Positions 47,907 to 61,222 of a DNA stretch of 64,000 nt are shown here, in pieces (within the stretch, counting starts at the first letter, position 1; each line of letters starts with the position of its first letter). Below the pieces are notes generated by a model that worked only from the letters and a program-made list of their open reading frames with translations, was not told the origin of the DNA and did not search any database. The position numbers and the translations under genes are program-made. Origin of the DNA: Mobula hypostoma (taxonomy: Eukaryota); assembly GCF_963921235.1 (NCBI RefSeq), contig NC_086097.1:133426001-133490000 (forward strand). Direction: 5' to 3'.

Positions 47907-50900
47907 ATACACTCAGCAGCCACTTCTTTAGTTATCTCCTGTATCTAGTAAAGTGGCCACTGAGTGTTAGTTTGTGGTCTTCTGCTGCTGTAGCCTGTTC
48001 AGTACTTCAAGGTTTGATACGTTGTGCATTCAGAGACATGTGGTTTTTTGAGTTACTGATGGCTTCCTGTCAGCTTCAACTAGTCTAGCCCTTTTCTTCT
48101 GACCTGTCTCATTATCAAGGTACTTTCGCCCACATAACTGCCAATCACTGGGTATTTTTTCATTTTTTTGCACCATTCTCTGTAAGCTCTAGACTGTTGT
48201 GTGTGAAAATCCCAGGAAATCAACAGTTTCTGCAATACTCAAGCCACCCCATCTGGCATCAACAATCATTCCACACTCAAAATGTCAGTACCTCCAGTTG
48301 AACTCTGTCTTGTTGTGTGTTTCCCCCTAGCTGTCAGTCTGTGGATTTGTTTTGCCATGTGCTCCTGCTCTACTCTGGCCCCTGTATTACTGAGTACTCT
48401 GTCTCTCATCTGTTCCTCATTGTTACCTGTATTGCTGCCACCTGTGTCTCATTGTGCTCCACCTATCATCTGCCACTCTGTTTATTACTCAGTGTATTTC
48501 AATCCTGTGTTTTCACCTGTTTGCTGCCAGATTGTGCCAGTGAATTATCCTGAGTCTTTCCAGCAGTCATGTCTGTACTCTGTGTGAATATCAACTCTGC
48601 CTGTTTCCCATTCTGGTTTTTGGATTTGTCTGGATGTTTTGATCTCTGCCTGAACTTTGACACCAACTTTGTTTGCACCTCGGGATTTGTTACTCAATTA
48701 ATATCACTGTGTGCACAGTACCGGGTCTGCGATTGGATCCTTGCTCCAGCGCCTGATAGTACAATCTGGGCAGAATGGATCTAGCAGACCCCGGTCGTCT
48801 GAGAGCTGTCCTGGAACAACGGAGTGATGCTGGGGAGACGCCAGAACCAGCTGGACTCCGTGTTCAGGGTAGTGGAGTTGCTTTCTGCCAATGTAGCCGA
48901 TCTTGTGGCCCAGACTCAGTCACCTCAGCTGTCCCAGGGTGCCCATCAACATTCTGCGACTGCATCTTCCATCCTGCCCTCTCTGTCCTCGCATGCTCCT
49001 CCTATCCAAGAGCCCTGTCTGCCTCCTCCAGAAAAGTACACAGGTGAGCCCGGTACCTGCCGCTCTTTTCTTTCCCAGTGCACCCTCATTTTTGAATTAC
49101 AACTAACAACCTTTCCAACTGATCGAGCCAAGGTGGCCCACGTCATCACTCAACTATCCGGTTGGGCGAGAGAATGGGGAACAGCCGTCTGGGAGGCAGG
49201 CTCACCTTTCTGCATCAGTTTTCAGTTATTTTCTGAGGAGATGAGAAAAGTGTTTGATCGCTCCAAACATGGGAGAGAGGCTGCCCATGAAATGCTGCAC
49301 ATGCACCAGGGGTGCAGATCTGTGTCAGATTATGCAATAGAGTTCCGGACCCTAGCCACCTCCAGCGGCTGGAACTCGGAGGCACAGTACGACACCTTCC
49401 TGAATGGCCTCTCCGAAGACATCAAAGGTGAGCTGGTCACCCGGGACCTTCCTGCCACCTTTTGAAGTCCTGGTGGTTTTGGCCATCCGTATTGATGTTC
49501 ACCTTCAGCAGCGCCGCAGAGGAAGAGGTTCCAGAGGGTCCCTGGGGGCACTGAGTGAGTTCCAAGCTCCTCATCAGACTACATTGCCCTGCCGTTTGCC
49601 CCCATCTACAATTCCTGTTCCAGAGCTCAAAGCTATAAAGGTTGACTGTACCCGCCTGACACCGACTGAAAGACAAAGAAGAATCAGCACCCATTCCTGT
49701 CTGTACTATGGCCAACCAGACCACTTCATCTCCAGCTGTAAGCTCACCAGTAGGATGAGGAGTACTGGTGAGTGTGACCCCTGTCCAGCCCTCCTCGATG
49801 CCACTCACTCCCATACCTGCTTCGCTGGAGTGGGGCAGCCAATGGCGAGCAACCTAAGTCTTGGTGTTTTATTGATTCTGGCTTGGCTGCCCAGTGGGGA
49901 TTACCCACATCTGCCCTCCAGTCACCATTGGTGGCCAATGCTTTGAATGGTCAGAAACTGGCTAACATCACCCATGTCACAGCCCCGGTGAGTCTCAGTT
50001 TTTTCCGGCAACCACCATGAACAGTTAACCCTTTATGTTATTGACTCTCCTCAAGCTCCCCTCCACTCTCCGCCGCATTCATCCCACCTTCCATGTGTCC
50101 CACATCAAGCCTTTCATGAGCCACCCCCTGTATCTTGTCCCCAAACACCCCCCTTCCCTCACGGCTCATTGATGGGTCAGAGGCCTTCACGGTGCGTCAA
50201 CTGCTGGATGTTTGTCGCCAGGGCTGTGAACTGGGAGGGCTACGGTCCTGAGGAGAGTTGCTGGGTCCCTGCCCGTAACATCCTGAACCCGTCTCTCATC
50301 AGGGACTTTCATCTCCAGAACCCAGCTCTACCTGCCGTGATGCCAGGAGGCGTCCGAAGGGGGGTGGGTGGTGTACTGTCAGTACCTCCAGTTGAACTCT
50401 GTCTTGTTGTGTGTTTTCCCCCTAGCTGTCAGTCTGTGGTTTTGTATTGCCATGTGCTCCTGTCCCCACTCCTGCTCCACTCCAGCCCCTGTATTATTGA
50501 GTACTCCGTCTCTCACCTGTTTCTCATTATTACATGTCTTGCTGTCACCTGTGTCTCATTGCACTCCACCTATCATCTGCCTCTCTGTTTATTGTTCAGT
50601 GTATTTCAGTCCTGCGTCTTCACCTGTTTGTTGCCAGATTGTGCTAGTGAATTTTCCTGAGCCTTTCCAGTATTTGTATCTGTACTCTGTCCATCTGAAT
50701 ATCAACTCTGCCTGTTTCCTGATTCTGGTTTTTGGATTTCTCTGGATGTTTTGATATCTGCCTGAACTTTGATGCCAACTTTGTTTGCACCTCATGATTT
50801 GTTACTCAATTAATATCACTGTGTGCACAGTACTCGGTCTGCGATTGGATCCCTGTGCCAGCGCCCTGGCACAAAATTACTTAGATCAGATTTTGTCCCC

Positions 50901-51030
50901 ATTCAGACATTTGGCCGGAACAACAACTGAACCTTTTGACCATATCTGTGTGTTTTTATGCATTGTTACTGTCACATGATTGCTTGATTAGATATCCACA
51001 TTAACAAGCAAGTATACCTAATAAAGTGGC
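47907..51030. mobile_element. Tc1/mariner-type non-autonomous element, split by the Gypsy insertion
   Basis: TACACTCAGCAGCCACTT...AAAGTGGCC termini; the flanks 47907-48277 and 50877-51030 join to match the uninterrupted copy at 57316-57755. Confidence 0.75.
48283..50871 (+). mobile_element. Internally deleted chromodomain-bearing Gypsy (Sushi-like) LTR retrotransposon
   Basis: Paired LTRs 48283-48758 and 50377-50871, 5-bp TSD CAAAA, purine tract before the 3' LTR, Gag (PPPEKYTGEPGTCRSFLSQC, QGCRSVSDYAIEFRTLA), chromodomain remnant [21 protein letters not shown] and RNaseH absent. Confidence 0.95.
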
Positions 51031-52006
51031 CTGTGTGTGTGTGTGTGTATCTGACTAGAATTATTCCACCATTAATTAAGTTTCAAAGTTGCAACACTTT
51101 GATTTTAAACGCTGAGCTTAATTTTAAAATGAAATATGTATTCCAAGCAACAGTGATACGTAACTACTCTGAACTATTGTGATAGAGATTAATGTTCAGT
51201 CCTTGCTTAAAACAAAATGATCCCTGCTTTGAAGCCAAATAACCACAGTTCAAATTAAAAGGTGTGAGTGCTGTACACAAACTATATCAATTAAAGTCCT
51301 CTTATGAAGCATATTTTAATTTAATAACTAAAACATAGCCATCCAATGATTACTAATGCAGAACATCCCCATTAAAGGGAGATTGATTTAAGCTGTCTAA
51401 TTTTTGCTGTTGATGGAAGTGCCATAATGTAAAGCAACTGCGCCTCAATGTAATAGATCTATTAATGTAACTCCTCCAATGCTCCCTACTAATATTAAAC
51501 TGAGTGACTGACATAATTGTCATCTGCTTAAGAGGGAGGTGGTGAGGGAGCGTGAAGTGCAAAGTGTGGTTTGAATTTTTGTCAGACATAGCTCTGCATT
51601 GGCTAAACTGCTCAGTGGTAGAAATTCAGGCACACTTAGCTATCTGAGATGTGTTGAAATGTAACCGTTTAACAATGCAGTACCAGTGAAGATGAGTCAT
51701 AAAATCAACAACTGTATTTGAGTAAGTGAGCAAAAGTAATGTGAGGAGTAACCAGATGGCAAATAGCAATAGCACGTGTTCTATGTGCTGGTGTATTGCT
51801 GTCACATGTATAGTGTTGCATTTACAGAAAAAAGTGCAATGCAGATAGCCAAAGTACAAGGACCACAATGAGGTAAATTAGTGATTGATGACTGTTGTTG
51901 GATGAATCAAAGTTGATGATAAATTGGCATATAGGAGGGAGATGGAAAATCTGCCTGTCTTCAACAATGTCTCACTCGACATAAACAAAACCAAGCAGCT
52001 CATTAT

Positions 52007-53770
52007 CAACACACACAAAGTGCTGGAGGAACTCAGCAGGTCAGGCCGTATCCATGGAAATGAACAAACAGTCAACATTTCAGGCCAAGACCCTTCTTCA
52101 GAACTGGAAAGGAAGTGGGAAAATACCAGAATAAAAAAGGTGAGGGAGGGGAAGGAGGGTAGGTAGAAGGTGATAGGTGAAACCAGGTGCGTGGGAAAGG
52201 TGAAGGGCTGCAGATGAAGGAATGTGATAGTACAGGAGAGTGGACCGTAGGAGAAAGGGAAGGAGGAGGGCCACCAGGAGATATGAAAGGCAGGTGAGGA
52301 GAGCTAAGAGGGGAGAGGGAGGGAAATGTTCTTTTTACAGGAAGGAGAGATCAATATTTATGCTATCAGGTTGGAGGCTACCCAGACAGAATATAAGGTG
52401 TTGCTCCTGCATGTCATCATTGCACAAGAAGAGGCCATGGACCCACATATCGGAACAGGAATAGGAATTGGAATTAAAGTTTTGGGACTCTGGAAAGTTA
52501 TGCTTTTGCTGCATGGAGCAGAGGTGTTTGACGAAGCAGTCCCCCAATTTACACTAGGTCTCACCAATGTAGAGGAGCCAGCATTGGGAGTACCAGATAA
52601 AATAGACAACCTCAGCAGATGACAATTATGTTAGTCACTCAGTTTAATATTAGTAGGGAGCATTGGAGGAGTTATTTTAATATATCTATTAAAGGAGGGA
52701 GGAGAAGATGGTGGCGCGACGCAGTGCGCGCGGCCATTCCGAATTATATTGTATGTGTTAACTAGGATGCTGTGCACAATCCTGATTTGATGGAGGCAGC
52801 TGTGAGAAGCACGGAGGAACATCTGGAGAAACTTCTGAAATGCCCACTTCGCTGCCGCTGCTACTGTGCGATCGAGAATCTCCGGAGGGGAAGGCCCCAA
52901 ATCCTCGGCTTTGCCTATTGCCGGGTCTGGGGTTGAAGCGCTCGGCAGAGATGGTGCTCAGTACTCAGTGTTGGAGAGCTGGTCGGAGGCTCGGAGTTTT
53001 CGGATGGACTCCGAGTTGGACTGTTGTCGGATGGTTCCAGGATGCTGCCTTGGCAGGTTTGCGGCACTAGGGGTTCACCGTCTGTGTGAGATGATGGGAC
53101 TTTCAAGAGACTTTGAGACTTTTTACCATGCCCATGGTCTGTTCTTTATCAAATTATGATATTGCTTTGCACTGTTGTAACTATATGTTATAATTATGTG
53201 GTTTTTGTCAGTTTTTCAGTCAGATTGTCATGTGTTTCTATGATATCATTCTGGAGAAACATTGTATCATTTCTTAATGCATGCATTACTAAATGACAAT
53301 AAAAGAGAACTGCGTGTCCTCATAATCTAATCTAAGTGTTGCCTCACCTGGAAGGACTGTTTGCGCCTCCAAATGGAGGTGAGGAAGGAGGTGAATGGAC
53401 AGGTGTAACACTTTGGCTGCTTGAAGGATAAGTACTGGGAGGGAGATGGCGGGAAGGAACAAATGGACCAGGGAATCATGGGGAGAGTTAGGGAGAATTA
53501 TGTGTTCAACGTGGAGGCTCATGGGGTGGTGGTAGGTAAGGACAGGAGGGACTCTATCACTTAGTTGGCAGGAAGATGGAGTGAGTGTGGATATCCAGGA
53601 AATAGAAGAGAGGGCAGCATCAGTAGTGGAGGAAGGGAAACTCCATTCTTTAAGAAGGAGGACATCTCTGATGTCCTGGAAAGGAAAGCCTCATCCTGGG
53701 GACAGATGCGGCAGAGACGAAGGAACTGAGTATAGGGAAAAGCATTTTTATGGAGGCAGTGTGGGAAGAG
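52007..53770 (-). mobile_element. Penelope-like element with GIY-YIG endonuclease remnant, interrupted at ~52627-53334
   Basis: VYFIWYSQCWLLYIGETKCKLGDCFVKHL, EQHLIFCLGSLQPDSINIDL; terminal hammerhead-like motif at 52069-52106. Confidence 0.88.
52627..53334 (+). mobile_element. Non-coding retroposon (SINE-like) with CpG-rich head and (AATCT)n tail
   Basis: Interrupts colinear Penelope sequence; LINE-like 3' UTR ending GACAATAAAAG...TAATCTAATCTA; no recognisable ORF. Confidence 0.6.
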
Positions 53771-53774
53771 GTTA

Positions 53775-54145
53775 AAACCATAAGATATAGGAGCAGAATT
53801 GGACTATTTGGCCCATGAAGTCTGCTCTGCCATTTCATCATGGCTAATCCATTTTTCCTCTCAGCCCCAATCTCCTGCCTTCCTGTATCCCTTAATGCCC
53901 TGATCAATAAAGAATCTATCAGCCTCTGCCTTAAATATACATAAAGACTTGGCCTCCACAGCTGCCTATGGCAACAAATTCCACAGATTCATTACTCTCT
54001 GGCTAAAGAAATTCCTCCTCATGTCTGTTCTAAAAGGACACCCCTCTATTTTGAGGCTACCATGGGCTCGTAGCTTGTTAAGCAGCCTCATGTGTGGCAT
54101 CTTTTCAAAGGCCTTCTGACAATCCAAGTACACAACATCAACCAT
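53775..54145 (-). mobile_element. CR1 3' fragment with internal deletion
   Basis: ACCATAAGATATAGGAGCAGAATT tail; homologous to 21678-22262. Confidence 0.8.
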
Positions 54146-54429
54146 GACTATAAATTGGCCCCTGCTCTTTGAAAACTATGTCAATAGTACTTACGTGCTT
54201 TAAAAAGGTCTACAGAACTCTCAGGCTTACTATATGAAGTAACATTTTGCTACCTTATCTGAAGCAGACATTTTCAGAAAATTATCTTTAATGGGTCCTT
54301 AAAATTATGGCATGATTAAAGCAAGAGGAAGTAACTTGTAAAATCATTTTTGCATTAAAACTGAAATAAAGTTCCATTATAAATAATAGGTATTTCTCAA
54401 AGTATTTTTGTTTTGCATCCATTGAAATA

Positions 54430-55048
54430 ATCCTGGTGTACACAAAACTCCAGGTGTACTGGGCTGCCATTGTCACAACACTGTTCTATGGCTCCAAAGC
54501 CTGGGTCTTGTACTGCAAACAAATCCTGTTGCTTGAGCGCTTCCGTCAGCACTGCCTCCACTCCATCATGCGTATCAGCTGGCAGGATCATGTCTCCAAC
54601 AATGAGGTCCTGGAGCAGGCTCAACTTCCAAGCATTGAGGCGACTTTCCTCCTCGAGCAGCTCTGCTGGTCAGGCCACGTGTCTCGCATGGACAACTCCA
54701 GGTTACCGAAAGCAGTACTCTACGGAGAATTCTCTCTGGGCAAATCTTGGTGTCCCGTGCAAAAGGTACAAAGACCAACTTAAGCAGCAGCTCTCTCAGG
54801 CAAATATCAAGGTCAACAAGTGGCAGCAAGTGGCTTGTGACAGAGACCGCTGGAGAATGCCAATCCACGGAGCAGCCAAGAATTTTGAGAAATCCAGTAG
54901 AGTGACTGCTGACGAGACGAGGAGACACAAGGAGGAACCTATTACCCAAGTGCCCGCATCCCAGCTGTTCCCGTGTCCCTACTGCTCCAGAGTCTGCAGA
55001 TCCAAAATTGACCTCTACAGTCACCAAGGATCGTGTCATCACTCCTGA
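54430..55048 (+). mobile_element. RTE-clade LINE C-terminal fragment
   Basis: TKLQVYWAAIVTTLFYGSKAW, ISWQDHVSNNEVL, WSGHVSRMDNSRLPKAVLYGE, KRYKDQLK, C2H2-like CPYCSRVCRSKIDLYSH. Confidence 0.9.
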
Positions 55049-57315
55049 GGGGCAGGTGTAGCACTTGTTCCAGTTGCAAGGATTAGTGCCAGGAGAGAGA
55101 TCAGTGGGGAGGGATGAATGGACAAGGGATTCACATAGGGAGCAATCCCTGCAGAAGCAGGACCTGGGAGGAGGGAACGGAGATCAACTTCTACCCGTTT
55201 TTATCACATCTTCCATTTCTTCTCCAGCTTTGACTTTAAAAGGAGTAGTGCTTTTTGCATCAACTACACCATGTGATAATAAGATCCACATTGCTACCAC
55301 TCCAGGGACAAACAATTATTCAAATCATAATTGCTTTTATTAGTGATTTTCATTTATGGGCCCTGGTGTTTGTTTCTGGCTACTAGCTCCCAACCATTGT
55401 ATGCAAACATTTTCCCTACATCCACTCTATTGAATGCCTGTAAGTTTTATTCTTTTCTGCAAAGAACTCTAAGTAAATCAAACTGCACTTTAAAAATGAA
55501 AATAACAAACATTCACTGACAGCTTTCATTAGAGAATGATGAGGATATATTATGCCCATTCTAAAATACATGTTTCACATTTCAAGGATGTCAGTCTGTC
55601 AAGCAATACCATTGTAATGAGGCAGGTGTAAGTGCAAGTAAAATTTGTACTGTCATTTTAATGAACCATTAAACGTATAGCCTTGTGAATCATGCTGCTT
55701 AAATTTCACAGCATGGTTTATGTATGCAAGCAAAACAGCACCATCTCTTTGCACTTACAGATTCTATAAATAGTAAAACTCAGTTGACAACTTAATCTTG
55801 TCCTTTCACCTACAGAGTTACCTGATGACACTAGAAGATGGTATTTATGTGTGATTAGCACAATATGTTCAAAGTAAAAACAATGTGATAAGTCAAGGAA
55901 TATTAAAAGTACATTTACCAACCAGAAATGGCAAGAATATCAAAACACACAAACTCAAAGGAAGCCCTGTGCTGCAATGCGCTTGTCATTAATTAATATT
56001 TGATACTTGTAATATCTAGTAAACTAACTTTAAAAATTAGTATAATAATTGATATTATGCTCAGCTGAGGGCTTAATGTTCTTCACTGCCAAGGATACTC
56101 TAAGAACATCTTTCACCTGATTTGAATAGTATTTTCAAAAGGAATTTTTATACGGTATAAAGTGTCATAATATATAAATGTTAACCATGAATACACTTAT
56201 CAGGTGATACTTGGCATCTTATTTGATTTGTGCAGCCTTTAATGTGTGCCAGGAATATAGGAGATGAGTCTACACTTTCTGCCTCTATCACCACCTTGAA
56301 TGAAGCTGCAGTGCCCGGCCTCAATCCCATGGAAGTCTTTCTTTTCAGGAATTTTGTAGAACTTGGAGCACAAAAACAGTGCTCGGCCTGGACACACTGT
56401 ATTGATGATGTGGACGTGAACCTCCATTTCATCACCTTATCAACCTATTGCATTTTACTTGTGTTTATCTTGCATATCCCTTAAATGGAAAAGAACACCT
56501 AAAGTAACTACAGTTTATGGTATTTTAAAAGATTATGCTATTTAACTTCCTTTTTAAAGGAACATTCCTGGAATGTGAACACCCAAATTTCACCCCCCCC
56601 CAAATGCTGGGCATTTAAGTTAACAATGTTGGTGTATCTGAAGTCATACTTAAAACTGACCAGCTGAGGACAAATCATAACCCTCAGTGAAGGGCATTAG
56701 TGAATCAACTGGCATTTGGCTTTTCACAACAATCTATTACATTCATTATAACCTACTAGGTTTTCATTCCAAGTTTACTAATAACTTAAGTTTCACAACT
56801 CCACGAGATACATAGAAAACCAGGTTGACAATTTTAAAGTTGAGCTGAATCAGGAATGAGCGTAACTGGGGAAACACAGTTCTAAAAGAAAATGGACCTG
56901 ATGTAATTGAAAATATCAGAGGCAGAGTTTTTGATAAACTCAAGTATACAGGAAGAGCAAGTTAAGAAGCAGACAGATGAATATAAGAACACCTAAGTCT
57001 GGATGTAATGAAAGCATGAGCACTTGTCAGGTACTGTATGTCTCATTGAGATATAGGGCCAATTGCCTGATCTTTGTGTCCTTTAAACTGACTGACAATT
57101 TCCAAATTTGTCTGTGTTCTTTTTGTATCTTATGATAGTTATCTTTTTAAAGTGTCAGGTGTCTGGACATGATATTAAGGCTTCCTCTCCCTGCTTTAGT
57201 CACAAGGCAATAGTTATGCAGATATTTATAGAGATGTAAAAGAAAATCTGTATTTTGGTATCCCTAATGACAGTCAAATTCAAATTGCTGCTGCCTCTCA
57301 TTCCTTTTCTGAACA

Positions 57316-57755
57316 TACACTCAGTGGCCACTTTATTAGGTACAGAAGAAAGACCTTCCATATAACAATAAATGTTGTGTGTTCAAAGATGCTCTTCTGA
57401 ACACCGTCGTAAGCATGGTTATTTGAGTTACTGTCACCTTCCTGCCAATCTGAACAGGTCAGGCAATTCTCCTCTGACCTTTCTCATTAGCAAAGCCCAC
57501 AGATCTGCTGCTCACTGGATTTTTTTTCACCACATTCTCTTTAAACTCTAGAGATTGGTGTGCATGAAAATCGCAGGAAATCAGCAGTTTCTGAGATAGT
57601 CAAACCACCCTGTCTGGCACCAACAATCATTCCATGGTCAAAATCAGTTGGATTTCTTCCCCATTCTGATATTTGGTTTGAACAACAACTGAACCCCTTG
57701 ACCATGTTGCATTGTGTTGCTGTCACATGATTGACTGATTAGATACTTGGGTGTA
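57316..57755. mobile_element. Tc1/mariner-type non-autonomous element
   Basis: TACACTCAGTGGCCACTTTATTAGGTACA terminus; minus-strand transposase N-terminal remnant DFDHGMIVGARQGGLTISETADFL. Confidence 0.8.
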
Positions 57756-59089
57756 TCTCCCAACTGGTAATGTTCAGGTTTTGGTGGAAACATTCATTGG
57801 TTCCTGATTGTATTTAATTGATATAATATAGAGAAACCACTTCCCCTGCACTGGAGAGTTCAGAACAAATGGTCAAAAACCATTAAACTTTATTGTTATA
57901 TGGAAGGTCTTTCTTCTTAAAATAGTGAACTGGGAATCTGAATTGGGCTTCCAAAGTCAGGTTGCTGATAGAGAAATCAATCTCATATTAAAGGTAGGTG
58001 GAGGTAAAAGTGCAGATCTGCCATGCCCCACTTAATATGATATGCTCAAGGAAATGAGTAGCCATCTTCATTCTCCAAGTTCCAACCACTCAGGACAGGA
58101 CTGATTTACCTTCCAGAGTCATGCATTTGACATCCAGTTGTGAAAGATGTTTAAGGAGAGGTTGGTGTGAATTATAATGTATTATTATGCTCACAGATGG
58201 AGAATATTTGAGGTTTTGTCTAGCAAAATACCCCTCAACATTCAAATATTGCTGAGTTCTGGAGCAAAGGGGTCTCATCTACAGTTATGTAGAGTCATGG
58301 TCAGACCATACTGAAAGAATTCTGTACAGTTTTAGTCTCCCTATCCTTAAAAGCAAGGCACTTGTAAAAGGGGAAGCGGCAATAAAGGCTCAATAGGCTG
58401 GCTCCTGAGGTGGTGAGCTTGCAGGATGTGGAAATATTGAGAAGACTATATTTATAATATAGAAGAATGAGAGCAGCTCTTGTTTGAAATGATTACAGGA
58501 TTTGACAGGCAGGATGCAAGGAGGTCTCTAAAACCAGGGGTCGTGGTCTCAGTAAAAGTGGTGCAGAGTGTGTCTGAAACCTTGGAGTTCTTTATCCTCC
58601 AAGGATACTGCGGAAGAGTCATTGTATTTGATCAATACATTTGTGGATGTTACGGAAATTGAGGGATTAGCAGGAAAATGGAGCTGAGTTTAAAAATAAA
58701 CCACAATAATCTCTTGTTCCTAATTGTTAATTAATGTTCCTAATCATTTATTCTTCCATTGTTCTGCACCTTATTAAAAGTATGGCATTAGTTTGTCAAG
58801 CATCTTGATGCTAAAGATCCATAGAAGCAGACCCCAAACACGGATTATAATTTAAAACCAAACCAGCTGCCTCAGTTTTTGATCAAATCTAAAAGGCTAC
58901 AAGGAAAATATTTAACTACATCATGTGTTGGACTTTGGTTTTAAAGAAACGCTACTTGATATTTAGGAAGTGTTTTGTAAATGTTCATTTATTAGCAAAG
59001 CGACATAAATTGTGTAATTCCATTACAGAACACAAACATTATAATTTATTTTAAAGAGGTCTAGCAATAAAACTCCTAAGAACAATAAG

Positions 59090-59428
59090 ACCAGTGCCTT
59101 GTACAGCCTCAGCATTACATTGTTGTTTTTATATTATAGTTCTCTCAAAATGAATGCTAATATTGCATTTACCTTCCTTATGCTCAACTCAACCTGCAAG
59201 ATAACCTTTAGGAAATCCTGCATGAGGACGCCAAAGTCTCATTGAATCTCTGATTTTTGAATTTTCTCCCCGTTTAGAAAATACTCTATATCTTTATTCC
59301 TTCTACCTAAGTGAATGACCATACATGTCCCAACATTATATTCCATCTGCCACTCTTTGCCCATTTTCCCTCTCTGTCTAAGGCCTTTTGCAGACTCCCT
59401 GCTCCATCAACACTACCTGACCCTCCAC
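59090..59428 (-). mobile_element. CR1 RT fragment
   Basis: Homologous to 4060-4490 of the first CR1. Confidence 0.8.
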
Positions 59429-60589
59429 ACAGATGGTAGTTTGCCTCCTAGGTGCCAGGGTCCGGGGTGTTTCTGATCGCGTCCACGATATCTTGAAGTG
59501 GGAACAAGAACAGCCAGAGGTCATGGTACGCATTGGTACCAATGACATAGGTAGGAAAAGGGAGGAGGTCCTGAAAACAGACTACAGGGAGTTAGGAAGG
59601 AAGTTGAGAAACAGGACCTCAAAGGTAGTAATCTCAGGATCACTGCCTGTGCCATGTAACAGTGAGTAGGAATAGAATGAGGTGGAGGATAAATGTGTGG
59701 TTGAGGGATTGAAGCAGGGGGCAGGGATTCAGATTTCTGGATCATTGGGACCTCTTTTGGGGCACGTGTGACATCTACAAAAAGGACAGGTTGCACTTGA
59801 ATCGAGGGGGACCAATATCCTGGCGGGGAGGTTTGCTAAGGGTATTGGGGAGAGTTTAAACTAGAATTGCTGGAGGGTGGGAACTGAACTGAAGAGACGC
59901 TTGGCTCACAAATAGAGAAAGCTTGGAGACAGTGCGAGAGGGAGGATAGGTAGGTGATAGAGAAGTGACGTGCTCAGACCGATCATTTGAAATGTGTCTA
60001 TTTTAATGCAAGGAGTATCATGAATAAAGCAGATGAGCTCAAAGCGTGGATCAGTACTTGGAGCAATGATGTTGTGGCCATTACAGAGACTTGGATGGCT
60101 CAGGAGCAGGAATGGTTACTTTGAGTGCCAGGCTTTAGATGTTTCAGAAAGGACAGGGAGGGAGACAAAAGAGGCGGGGTTGTGGCACTGTTGATCAGAG
60201 ATTGTGTCACAGCTTCAGAAAAGGAGGAAGTCGTGGAGGGATTGTCTACGGAGTCTCTGTGGGTGGAAATTAGGAACAGGAAAGGGTCAATAACTCTTGG
60301 ATATTTTTTATAGACCTCCCAATAGTAACAGGGACATCAAGGAACAGATAGGAAGACAGATTCTGGAAACGTGTAATAATAACAGGGTTATTGTGGGGGG
60401 AGATTTTAATTTCCCAAATATTGATTGGCATCTCCCTGGAGCAAGGGGTTTAGATGGGGTGGAGTTTGTTAGGTGTATTCAGGAAGTTTTCTTGACAGAA
60501 TATGTAAATAAGTCTACAAGAGGAGAGGCTGTACTTGATCTGGTATCGGGAAATGAACCTGGTCAGGTGTCAGATGTCTCAGTGGGAGA

Positions 60590-61222
60590 GTATACTTTAT
60601 TGTCGCCAAACAATTGATACTAGAATGTACAATCATCACAGCGATATTTGATTCTGCGCTTCCCACTCCCTGGAGTACAAATCGATAGTAAATATTAAAT
60701 ATTTAAATTATAAATCATAAATAGAAAATAGAAAATGGAAAGTAAGATAGTGCAAAAAAAACCAAGAGGCAGGTCCGGATATTTGGAGGGTATGGCCCAG
60801 ATCCGGGTCAGGATCCGTTCAGCAGTCTTATCACAGTTGGAAAGAAGCTGTTCCCAAATCTGGCCGTACGAGTCTTCAAGCTCCTGAGCCTTCTCCCGGA
60901 GGGAAGAGGGATGAAAAGTGTGTTGGCTGTGTGGGTCGTGTCCTTGATTATCTTGGCAGAACTGCTCAGACAGCGTGCGGTGTAAAGTGAGTCCAAGGAC
61001 GGAAGATTGGTTTGTGTGATGTGCTGGGCTGTGTTCATGATCTTCTGCAGCTTCTTCCGGTCTTGGACAGGACAACTTCTGTACCAGGTTGTGATGCACC
61101 CTAGAAGAATACTTTCTACGGTGCATCTATAAAAATTAGTGAGGGTTTTATGGGACAGGCCAAATTTCTTTAATGTCCTCAGGAAATAAAGGCGCTGGTG
61201 GGCCTTCTTGGCAGTGGACTCT
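60590..61222 (-). mobile_element. Rex/Babar 3' fragment inserted in CR1
   Basis: Near-identical to 26306-26950 (ESTAKKAHQRLYFL...NSFFPTVIRLLNGS*). Confidence 0.92.

Noticed and set aside
48824..49465. Domesticated PEG10/RTL1-like gene
   Set aside because: Still flanked by both LTRs and a TSD, with a frameshifted start and in-frame stop: an ordinary decaying retrotransposon
59090..59470. Twin-priming inversion of a single CR1
   Set aside because: The minus fragment covers an RT segment also present in the plus element near 63720-64000 and belongs to a different subfamily; independent insertions are simpler
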